From positions 33,203-97,202 of the forward strand of contig JAFVRN010000001.1 of NCBI GenBank assembly GCA_017504265.1: DNA of 64,000 nucleotides, written 5' to 3'. A program made the translations under genes and the position numbers. The DNA comes from Alistipes sp. Lineage in GTDB: Bacteria; Bacteroidota; Bacteroidia; Bacteroidales; Rikenellaceae. A model generated the notes under the pieces. It was given only the letters and a program-made list of their open reading frames with translations. It was not told the origin of the DNA and did no database searches. Of this stretch, positions 39,507 through 50,174 are shown one piece after another (position 1 is the first letter of the stretch; the number at the start of each line of letters is the position of its first letter).

Positions 39507-42260
39507 ATGAAGAACATTTTTAAGAGTTTGATGCTCGTTGCAGTAGCTGCAATGACATTCACAGCTTGTCAGACCGACTTCGAGGAGGTAGGTGTTGCTG
39601 ACAAGAGTTTCACTGTTACCGGTATTGCTTCGTTTGACGATGCTACACGTTCGGGCTTTGGTGACTACACCGCAGCTGCCGGCGACAAGGATGCTTTCTT
39701 CTCATCTAAGTGGGATGGTGGCGAGAGCGTAAAGGTATATCTTAGCGAGACAATTTATTGGCCTATATGGGCTACCAAGGTATCTAAGATGACTATACCT
39801 TCAGGTGGCGACGGCAAGACTGCAAGCTTTGCTGCTGAGTTCGATTTCGAGGGTGAGTATGACGGCATTCCAGAGCACGGTACATTCACTGCATATGTTC
39901 CTGCTGAGGCTTGGGACGGCGACGTAGCCGTAGTTCCTACTTTCCAGACTCCACGCGAGAAGTCGGTAGATCCTGCTGCTCACATTCTTATTGGTACAGG
40001 TAAGTTCGAGAATGCTAAGCTTGAGGACGTCGAGTTCAAGTTTGCTCACGCCGTAGCTTATGGCAAGATGACTTTGAAGGGTGTAGACACTGCGTTTGCT
40101 CCTGTAAAGGCTGAGCTCGAGTTCTATGGCAAGGATGGTAAGCTTAACGTCGTAACTCTTGACACCAAGAATGTAAAGGCTAACGAGTACTGGTTTGCTG
40201 TAAATCCTATGGAGGTTGCTAAGTTCAACGTTGTTGTTTACGACAAGGATGGCAACGCTTACTCTAAGGCCGCTACCGTTGGTACTTCTTCATCTTTGAA
40301 CTTCGTTAAGGGTCAGGTATCTACATTCAACGTAACAATGGCGAAGGGCGACCTTCCTTATGTTAAGTATGCTGACAACTCATACAAGGTACTCGGTGGT
40401 AAAAATGGTTTGGGTGACAAGCCTGCATTCGATTTGTTCATCTACAATGAGGGTTCATCTGAGGATGACTACGAGCTATTCCTTGTTTGCGACGAGGCTC
40501 TTTACAACGTGATTCCTGAGGGTACTTACAACTACAGCGCAACAGCTACCAGCGGTCAGTATATTCACGCAGCAAGCTGCGAGAATGTTTCAGACGCAAG
40601 CGTAGTTGTTAAGCATGTTGTTGAGAAGGATAAGGATGGCAACGTAACATTCGGTGGTTACAAGCTCAACATCACTGTTAAGGATGCAGAGGGCAACTAT
40701 GCTAAGTATCGCTTTATGGATGCTATCGAGCCTGACTATGATAACTATGCATATAATCTTAACAATCCTCCTATTCCTTTCAACGAGGCAACTATCGAGG
40801 GTAAGGTAGCTGAGCCATACGACGAGTGGGATCAGCCTGCAAGGGTTCAGAGATACAATGAGGCAGCAGAGAAGACTGAGTGGGCCGATGCTCATGGTGA
40901 CCAGTTCGAGTTGTCATTCCGTGTAAGAAACAACGATACTAAGGACGAGAAGGACTACAATATCGGCCTTACACTTGAGACTACAGCTGCAACCAAGGGT
41001 CTTATCCCAGAGGGTACATACGAGCTTGGTGGCAAGGAGAACTTCATCACTGAGGATGGTTATGCCGACTTCTACGCTATTGGTGGTTACATCGCTCTTA
41101 CAAAGGGTAGCGTAAAGGTTGAGTACACAACAGATAAGAAGTACAAGATGACCGTAAATGTTACCAACGAGATGAAGACTACCTTCAAGTTTGTCTTCGA
41201 GGGCACTTTCAAGGTAGACGAGAACAGCGATTTCCGTAATCCTGCCGACCTTCCACGTCTTGACACTCCTGAGGTAAAGTCTGAGGTTGTAAACTACACA
41301 TCTATCAAGCTTACTTGGGATGCTGTTGCCGATGCAACTAAGTATGTTGTAACTTGGGACAATGGCAACAAGAGCAAGGAGGTAGTAGAGACTACTGCAA
41401 CTATCGAGGATCTTGATACTCTATCATACTACTACTTCGAAGTTGTTGCTAAGGGTGACGAAACTAAGGTTAAGGATTCACGCGCAGCATATGCAAACGT
41501 ACAAACAGGTATCGATCCAAAGGCAGATTGGGGTACATTGGTTGAGTTCACCAATGGTCGATACCTTGCTGCTGAGTCTGATACTTGGTCTGTGTTCAAG
41601 TTCACTAATGCTGATGGTGACGAATTGAAACTCAGCGTAAGCAATGCAAAGCTCGACGATAACAACCTCCTTACCGAGGGCGTTTATGTTGACGGTTGGG
41701 ATAAGGACTACGATATTCAGAATAGCTCATATAGCGGTGCTAATTACTTCATCTCTATGTCATATCCTATGTATGTAGAGAAGAGTGGCTCTGAGTATAC
41801 AGTGACAATATTTGCATTTGCTTACGACATGAACTACTCACCTGTTGAATACAAGTTTGTATACACAGGTACTCTTCAGGATGAGGACGCAAAGCCAGAG
41901 ATTCCTGAGGTAACTGATGGCGTAGAAGTTACTTCATTCGTATATAAGGGAAAATACTATGATCTTGATGATAATGATTCTACAAGTGGAGGTAACTTTA
42001 TCTACAACATGACTTGTGCAGATGGCAAATCATTTGAGATTGAGGTATACTGGTCATATGCTGAGTCAGATGGCACGATCAAAAATGGTACTTATAACTA
42101 CTGCTGGAATACGGCTGATGCAATGTATAGCGGCTGGGATGGTTTCAGTATCATAAGTGGTACTCAATATTTAGGCTCAACTCTAACTGTTTCAGATACA
42201 CAGATTGTTTTGAGTCTTGTAGATAATGGAACTACAACTAACTACGTTTACACAAAGTAA
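39507..42260 (+). CDS. Surface lipoprotein paralog: fimbrillin-like N-terminus, four GTY-motif domains, one FN3-like domain
   Basis: Signal peptide MKNIFKSLMLVAVAAMTFTAC nearly identical to the 36418 gene; DATR; VPTFQTP..SVDPAA; HAVAYGKMT; LTWDAVADATKY. Confidence 0.75.
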   Translation: MKNIFKSLMLVAVAAMTFTACQTDFEEVGVADKSFTVTGIASFDDATRSGFGDYTAAAGDKDAFFSSKWDGGESVKVYLSETIYWPIWATKVSKMTIPSGGDGKTASFAAEFDFEGEYDGIPEHGTFTAYVPAEAWDGDVAVVPTFQTPREKSVDPAAHILIGTGKFENAKLEDVEFKFAHAVAYGKMTLKGVDTAFAPVKAELEFYGKDGKLNVVTLDTKNVKANEYWFAVNPMEVAKFNVVVYDKDGNAYSKAATVGTSSSLNFVKGQVSTFNVTMAKGDLPYVKYADNSYKVLGGKNGLGDKPAFDLFIYNEGSSEDDYELFLVCDEALYNVIPEGTYNYSATATSGQYIHAASCENVSDASVVVKHVVEKDKDGNVTFGGYKLNITVKDAEGNYAKYRFMDAIEPDYDNYAYNLNNPPIPFNEATIEGKVAEPYDEWDQPARVQRYNEAAEKTEWADAHGDQFELSFRVRNNDTKDEKDYNIGLTLETTAATKGLIPEGTYELGGKENFITEDGYADFYAIGGYIALTKGSVKVEYTTDKKYKMTVNVTNEMKTTFKFVFEGTFKVDENSDFRNPADLPRLDTPEVKSEVVNYTSIKLTWDAVADATKYVVTWDNGNKSKEVVETTATIEDLDTLSYYYFEVVAKGDETKVKDSRAAYANVQTGIDPKADWGTLVEFTNGRYLAAESDTWSVFKFTNADGDELKLSVSNAKLDDNNLLTEGVYVDGWDKDYDIQNSSYSGANYFISMSYPMYVEKSGSEYTVTIFAFAYDMNYSPVEYKFVYTGTLQDEDAKPEIPEVTDGVEVTSFVYKGKYYDLDDNDSTSGGNFIYNMTCADGKSFEIEVYWSYAESDGTIKNGTYNYCWNTADAMYSGWDGFSIISGTQYLGSTLTVSDTQIVLSLVDNGTTTNYVYTK

Positions 42261-42282
42261 AATAAGTAGTAAATAAATTCAT

Positions 42283-42317
42283 TCCGGGGTCCTCTTCGAG
42301 GGCCTCGGATTTTTTTT
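42283..42317 (+). terminator. Intrinsic terminator (paralog of 38618)
   Basis: TCCGGGGTCCTC-TTC-GAGGGCCTCGGA plus T8. Confidence 0.85.
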
Positions 42318-42338
42318 GTTTATGGCGGTAAGGGGTGA

Positions 42339-42550
42339 GTGGGTGCAGTGGGTTCTGTGGGTTCTGTGGGTTCTGTGGGTTCTGTGGGTGCAGTGGGTGA
42401 GGTAGGTTCTGTGGGTGCGTTGGCAGGGCATCGCCCTGCAAAACAGAGGCCACGCTCCCTTCAACTACCCTTCAACTACCCTTTAACGCCGCAGGCGTGA
42501 ACTACCCTTTCCTCTGCAAAGCAGAGGGCAGGGCTTTGCCCTGCAATAAT
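42339..42550 (+). repeat. Mosaic repeat copy 5 (short): 9-mer array, two GCAGGGC palindromes, tail
   Basis: Tail CCCTTCAACTA...TTTAACGCCGCAGGCGTGAACTACCCTTT matches copies 2-4. Confidence 0.88.
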
Positions 42551-42554
42551 GCGA

Positions 42555-43505
42555 CTATCTTGGTGAGTAGTTGGCCTCAAGGTACTCCTTGACGCTGAAA
42601 CGTGTGGGACTCTTGGCGCAGTCGGGGCGCACAACATCGGTGGTGACACACAGGCGACGGCCATCGATGACATAGTCGTCGATAAATTGCAGGATAAGGT
42701 CTATCTGGTCGATAAGAGGTGTGACAGCAACCGAGTGGTCGGCATACTGCACAGAGTAGAAGTAGTATGGCGAAGAGAGTTTATCGAGCTCTCGGGCGAT
42801 ATACTCCGAGCCATAGAAGCCTATACCCATAACCGAGGCCTTACGGTAGGGCACATTTCTATCTGACGTGCCATGAAAGAGCATCGTGGGTGCGGGTGCG
42901 CTACTCCAATGGGGTGCGCCCGAAGTAGAGAAGATAGCACCTGCGCAGGCGACAACGGCAGCATAGCCGAAATCGGAGGGTAGCACGGCAGCCATAGAGC
43001 TACGGTTGCACCTACCCCACTCGGCTTGCAGCACAGCGATAGCTCCGGCACTCGACCCGCTAAGCATAATCTTGGAGGTATCGACACCCCACGACGCAGC
43101 GTTATCGAGGATATAGAGCGTGGCGGCATATATATCCTCAACAGCAATATCTACGCTGCGCTGCATGGCGACAATCATATCCCTGATACCCATATCGGCA
43201 CCTGCATCGAGGTTGCGCAGGCCTAAGCGGTAGTCGATAGATACTACGACGATACCCGACGCGGCCAAGCGACGGAAATAGTCGGCATAGTAGGCATTAT
43301 CTCGCTCGCCACGCACAAAACCGCCTCCAAAGGCAAAGAGCATACACGGCGCAGAGCTGCTGCAAGAGGGCGAGGTATAGCGATCGAGATACAAAGCCTC
43401 TCCCTCGTGTGTAGCATAGCAGTAGGTATCGCGGACAACACCTCCATCAGCATATATGTTGGTAGCACATAGCACCATAACAAACAATAGAAATAATCTT
43501 TTCAT
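42555..43505 (-). CDS. Exported alpha/beta hydrolase (esterase)
   Basis: FGGGF oxyanion loop, GSSAG nucleophile elbow, FHGTSDRNVP. Confidence 0.88.
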   Translation of the reverse strand: MKRLFLLFVMVLCATNIYADGGVVRDTYCYATHEGEALYLDRYTSPSCSSSAPCMLFAFGGGFVRGERDNAYYADYFRRLAASGIVVVSIDYRLGLRNLDAGADMGIRDMIVAMQRSVDIAVEDIYAATLYILDNAASWGVDTSKIMLSGSSAGAIAVLQAEWGRCNRSSMAAVLPSDFGYAAVVACAGAIFSTSGAPHWSSAPAPTMLFHGTSDRNVPYRKASVMGIGFYGSEYIARELDKLSSPYYFYSVQYADHSVAVTPLIDQIDLILQFIDDYVIDGRRLCVTTDVVRPDCAKSPTRFSVKEYLEANYSPR

Positions 43506-43527
43506 AGCGTTAAGACTTTTAGTAATA

Positions 43528-44019
43528 TCAACCTTTGTTCCACTCGCCTATCTCCATATTGGAAATTTTGCCCGCATCGATATCAAAGCGCAGTGCCGTG
43601 CGCACCTTATGCACGCCATAGTTGCCGGCAGCACCCGGATTGAGAAAGAGCATATCGTAGACAGGGTCGTAGATGACCTTCAATATATGCGAGTGACCCG
43701 CAACAAATATCTTGGGACGAGCACCATGGATATGTTGCAGAGCCTTAGGCGAATAGTGGCGGGGATAGCCACCTATGTGTGTCATAAGCACCGTAGCACC
43801 CGCAGCCTCGAAGTAGTTGAACTCGTGGTATACACGACGGATGATACCGCCATCGATATTGCCATATACGGCACGTAACGGGCGGAAGGCGGAGATACGG
43901 TCGGCAAGCTCCAACGAGCCTATATCGCCGGCATGCCATATCTCGTCGCAGGGAGCAAGAAAAGACTCCAAAGCGGCATCAAACGTGCCGTGTGTATCGG
44001 AAATAACCCCAATCTTCAT
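43528..44019 (-). CDS. YfcE-like metallophosphoesterase
   Basis: SDTH, HAGD, GNID, GHSH, NPG motifs. Confidence 0.9.
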   Translation of the reverse strand: MKIGVISDTHGTFDAALESFLAPCDEIWHAGDIGSLELADRISAFRPLRAVYGNIDGGIIRRVYHEFNYFEAAGATVLMTHIGGYPRHYSPKALQHIHGARPKIFVAGHSHILKVIYDPVYDMLFLNPGAAGNYGVHKVRTALRFDIDAGKISNMEIGEWNKG

Positions 44020-44067
44020 ATATACATCAGGCTACACGTAGTGGTAGTGCATCACAAAGATAGGTAA

Positions 44068-45354
<1,287 letters not shown>

Positions 45355-45451
45355 AGTTTGATAGTTTTAGGTTTTCACCATTTTTTTCCTATCTTTGCAA
45401 CGCAATAATTATGGTTTACAGTGCATTTGCATGTAAAAGAGAGATAAAAAG

Positions 45452-45877
45452 ATGATACACCTGAAAATTATTCTATACGGCATACTCGCATTTATCGAGC
45501 GTAACCCCAAGTTCTGCGTGATAATGCTATTGATAGGCATCTTCGCACCCATAGTCTTCGAGGTCGTGGGCTGGATAATACTTGGCATTATCGCAGTGAT
45601 GCTCATAGCGATGGCAGTAGCCATGTACCGCATGCGTCGCCTGCAACAAAATATGGAGCAGCAGTTCCGTCAAACAACGAACTCGGCAACAGGTGGCACA
45701 TATGGCGGATTTGGAGGTATGAACGGCGGTATGTCGCTCGAAGACTTCGTGCGACAGATGCAGGCACAGGCCGATGCCCGCAAAGCCGGAAACACCAATG
45801 GCGCGCAGAGCAACACGACACAGAGCAAGAAGAGTGATCGCTCAGGTGACTACGTGGACTTCGAGGAGGTTAAGTAG
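45452..45877 (+). CDS. DUF4834-like membrane protein
   Basis: N-terminal TM helices; C-terminal GDYVDFEEVK. Confidence 0.7.
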   Translation: MIHLKIILYGILAFIERNPKFCVIMLLIGIFAPIVFEVVGWIILGIIAVMLIAMAVAMYRMRRLQQNMEQQFRQTTNSATGGTYGGFGGMNGGMSLEDFVRQMQAQADARKAGNTNGAQSNTTQSKKSDRSGDYVDFEEVK

Positions 45878-45908
45878 TACCCGCATAAATATGACAGAGA
45901 ACTAAACA

Positions 45909-46652
45909 ATGATACAGCTTTTTGAAAACATAGGACGCTACTTCCTACTGCTGGGCAAGGTATTCTCACGCCCCGAGAAGATGCGTATCTACCGCAGGCG
46001 TATATGGTTTGAGATAGAGGCTCTTGGCTTCAACTCCATATCGCTAACAGCCATCATATCGGCATTTATCGGTGCGGTGGTAGCACTACAAATGGCTATC
46101 ACGTTGGAGTCGCCGTTCATCCCTAAGTTTATGATAGGCTACGCCACACGCGAGGTTATGGTGCTCGAGTTCAGCTCTACGGTAGTGGCACTTATCCTTG
46201 CCGGTAAAATCGGCTCTAACATAGCATCCGAGATTGGCACGATGCGTATCACCGAGCAGATTGATGCCCTCGAAATTATGGGCGTAAACTCGGCATCGTA
46301 TCTTATACTTCCCAAGATTGTGGCTACGGTACTCTTCTTCCCGCTACTCACCCTGTTCAGTATCTTCGTGGGTATCGTGGGCGGATATGCCATAGGTGCG
46401 CTGACAGGCATAATGCTTCCGGGCGACTACGTAGAGGGACTATTCTACTACTTCGAGCCATTCTCGATAACCTATGCCCTGGTGAAGGGTGCTGTATTTG
46501 CATTTATCATAACCTCAATCTCGGCATACTGCGGCTACTATGCCAAGGGCAACTCGTTGGAGGTGGGACGCGCCTCGACACGTGCCGTGGTATCGAGCTC
46601 GATAACGATTATGATTTTTGACCTTATCCTAACACAGATTATGCGCGTATGA
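45909..46652 (+). CDS. mlaE: MlaE-family ABC permease
   Basis: GSNIASEIGTMRITEQIDALEIMG; VGRASTRAVV. Confidence 0.9.
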   Translation: MIQLFENIGRYFLLLGKVFSRPEKMRIYRRRIWFEIEALGFNSISLTAIISAFIGAVVALQMAITLESPFIPKFMIGYATREVMVLEFSSTVVALILAGKIGSNIASEIGTMRITEQIDALEIMGVNSASYLILPKIVATVLFFPLLTLFSIFVGIVGGYAIGALTGIMLPGDYVEGLFYYFEPFSITYALVKGAVFAFIITSISAYCGYYAKGNSLEVGRASTRAVVSSSITIMIFDLILTQIMRV

Positions 46653-47404
46653 TACGAGCTGACCACATATCAAAGGCCTTCGAAGGCCGTACCGTGCTGG
46701 ATGACATCACCGTAGAGTTCGACACGGGCAAGACAAACCTTATCATAGGTCGCAGCGGCTCGGGTAAGACCGTGCTGCTCAAATCTCTGGTAGGACTACA
46801 CGACGTGGACTCAGGTAAGATATACTTCGACCAGACGTGCTACACCGACCTTAACTTCCAGGAGCGCAAAAATATACGCAAGGATATAGGTATGATCTTC
46901 CAGGGTGGTGCTCTGCTCGACTCCTCGACAGTCAGAGAGAATGTCCGCCTGCCGCTCGACCTGTTTACCGAGCTGAGCGAGGGCGAGAAACGAGATCGTG
47001 TGGACTTCTGCCTAAGCCGCGTTCGTCTGTCTGGTGCTGACCACCTCTACCCCTCGGAGCTTAGTGGCGGTATGGTCAAGCGTGTGGCCATAGCACGTGC
47101 CATAGTGCTCAACCCGCGCTATCTCTTCTGCGATGAGCCCAACTCCGGCCTCGACCCACAGACATCGGTCGTTATAGACAACCTTATTCAGGACATTACC
47201 AAGGAGTTCAATATCACAACTATCATCAATACCCACGATATGAACTCGGTGATGGAGATTGGCGAGAAAATTGTCTATATCCACGAAGGCAAAAAGTGGT
47301 GGGAAGGCTCGAAGGATGATATTCTGCTATCTAACAACCCCGAGCTCAACGATTTTGTCTTTGCCTCGGCAATGGCTAAACGCGCCAAAAGCGTAGCTCG
47401 ATAG
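46649..47404 (+). CDS. mlaF: MlaF-family ABC ATPase
   Basis: GRSGSGKT, LSGGM, DEPNSGLDP; coupled to mlaE. Confidence 0.88.
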   Translation: MIRADHISKAFEGRTVLDDITVEFDTGKTNLIIGRSGSGKTVLLKSLVGLHDVDSGKIYFDQTCYTDLNFQERKNIRKDIGMIFQGGALLDSSTVRENVRLPLDLFTELSEGEKRDRVDFCLSRVRLSGADHLYPSELSGGMVKRVAIARAIVLNPRYLFCDEPNSGLDPQTSVVIDNLIQDITKEFNITTIINTHDMNSVMEIGEKIVYIHEGKKWWEGSKDDILLSNNPELNDFVFASAMAKRAKSVAR

Positions 47405-47484
47405 GTATAGTAGCAATATTTTATAAAATTTTTTATTTTTAATTTGCTTAATAGAGCAAAAGAGTGTAATTTTGCAAACAATAA

Positions 47485-48543
<1,059 letters not shown>

Positions 48544-48596
48544 TTGTCAAGTAAGATAAGAGGGGGGGGTAAGAGAGATTTTTCTCCCCAATAGAT

Positions 48597-48759
48597 AGTG
48601 GCGTGTCCAACAAGTTTGGGCACGCCACTTATTTTAGAAGTTGTATAACAAGAACTATTTTCAAGCTGCTCGCAGGCCGTAAAAGCGGAGTTTACTTGGT
48701 GTAAATGAACATTTTCCCAGACAAGGCAGATACCAAAATAGCCTTGTTGGACAGCTTCT
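48597..48759 (+). repeat. Q palindrome (48597-48629) joined to a 124-bp hairpin D (48636-48759)
   Basis: Ends AGAAGTTGTATAACAAG..CTATTTT / AAAATAG..CTTGTTGGACAGCTTCT; centred apex TTTAC-TTGGT-GTAAA. Confidence 0.75.
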
Positions 48760-48939
48760 TTTCGGTATACTGATCTCAGAATATCGCCCTACCCGAGTAC
48801 CCTACCACCACTATATTAAAAGCAAAGCACTCACCTCGATTAAAGGCAAGTGCTTGCGGAATGTATTAAAAGTCTAATGTGGACTACTTCCCATATAGCT
48901 TTTGAAATATTGTACTCTATAGTATAACTTGATAATTAA

Positions 48940-49092
48940 TTAAAATCGATAGCCTATTTTAATATATCCTGAATTAGCAATACCCTCTTTATATAAACCA
49001 CTATAACCAATACCGAAATTAAATCTCTTAATATCAAATCCTAAACCGAATTGGAACATATTGCCGACTTTGACATAATCACGTAAGTCCAT
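48940..49092 (-). pseudogene. AT-rich 50-codon remnant of an outer-membrane beta-barrel C-terminus (MDLRDYVKVGNMFQFGLGFDIKRFNFGIGYSGLYKEGIANSGYIKIGYRF)
   Basis: Alternating amphipathic strands and terminal IGYRF beta-signal; no signal peptide. Confidence 0.6.
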
Positions 49093-49105
49093 TGATGCAA
49101 AGAAA

Positions 49106-49176
49106 TAGAGAGTTTAATGAATTTAAGGAAATTAGAGGAGAGTCACTAAATTCTCTAAATTCTCTAAATTCTCTAA
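49106..49176 (+). repeat. 9-bp fold-back array left of the four-helix-bundle gene
   Basis: TAGAGAGTT-like units followed by (CTAAATTCT)3. Confidence 0.8.
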
Positions 49177-49209
49177 TCTTTTTATTACCTTTGTAAAAAA
49201 GGATGGCCT

Positions 49210-49757
49210 ATGAAAGAAGCAACTCTAATAAAGTCACAAGGAGATCATAGAAATCTAATATGTTATCGTAAGGCAGAGCTAATATACGATATAACCTGTC
49301 ACTTCGCATATTCGGCATTTGAGCGTGGCAACCGAACAATAGATCAGATGGTTCAAGCAGCACGCTCTGGCAAGCAAAATATTATTGAAGGTAATGCAGA
49401 TATAGAGACCTCAATCGAGATGGGTATAAAACTTATCAATGTTGCCAAAGCGAGCTTCAAGGAGCTACTGGCTGATTATGAGGACTATCTGCGTGTTAAT
49501 GGCTATGAGCAGTGGTTAATGACTCAGACAAGTTTGTTGCAATGCGCAAGCTTGGCAGTGACGGTAGCAATCAATCAATTTTAGACATTGCAAAATCCCG
49601 CCCTCTTGACACGGTCGCCAATATGGCAATCATACTACTCAAGCAGGAGGACTATCTACTGCACAAACTCCTTGCTTCGCTTTCTGAACAATTTCTTGAT
49701 GAGGGAGGCTTCAAAGAGAAAATGCACCGTATGCGTGTAGAGCGAAGGGCGAAATAG
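49210..49757 (+). pseudogene. Four-helix-bundle protein (TIGR02436-like) with suffix domain (TIGR04258-like), split by a frameshift near 49513
   Basis: RTIDQMVQAARSGKQNIIEG and ELLADYEDYLR in one frame; ANMAIILL...FLDEGGFKEKM in the -1 frame; promoter TACCTTTG at 49186-49193. Confidence 0.8.
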
Positions 49758-49850
49758 GCTGTTTAAGGAGTATAGGGATATTAGGGAGTTTAAGGAATAT
49801 AGAGAGTTTAATGCTATTTAGTTGCTTTCCCTAAATTCTCTAAATTCTCT
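49755..49850 (+). repeat. 9-bp fold-back array right of the four-helix-bundle gene
   Basis: Six TAGGGAGTT-like units starting at the TAG stop, then CCCTAAATTCTCTAAATTCTCT. Confidence 0.8.
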
Positions 49851-49914
49851 TTGGTCTCGAAATCAAAAAAGCCCTCCCAAGTGGGAAGACCATAACCATC
49901 CAAAGCGCGAGACC

Positions 49915-50069
49915 AATTTTTCGTCAGAGTGGTGCAGATGTGGCGATAGCGGCTACAGCACCAAGTCCCCCTTTGTCAGCGTTGCGATTAAGGCGAGGGC
50001 AGAACAAGTTTACTTGTTATGACGAGCCGAAGCAACGAAAAGGAGCGAAGCGAACTTAAAGGGGGATTT
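49915..50069 (+). repeat. Degenerate H-C stub (49915-49945) plus a ~107-bp hairpin E (49963-50069)
   Basis: AAGTCCCCCTTT/AAAGGGGGATTT, CGTTGC/GCAACG, apex AACAAGT-TT-ACTTGTT. Confidence 0.6.
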
Positions 50070-50122
50070 AGAGGGATTGTAAATATGAATGGTGGTGTGC
50101 CACCACCACTATGTTAAAAGCA

Positions 50123-50152
50123 ACAAAGGCCTTCCGTTTGGAAGGCCTTTGT
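50123..50152 (-). terminator. Terminator hairpin
   Basis: ACAAAGGCCTTCC-GTTT-GGAAGGCCTTTGT. Confidence 0.8.
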
Positions 50153-50174
50153 GATTATATGAAGTAATCTAAAA

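Noticed and set aside
48562-48569. G8 tract as a phase-variation switch
   Set aside because: Lies downstream of the gap stop, outside any ORF or promoter; likely part of a weak hairpin with TTCTCCCC.
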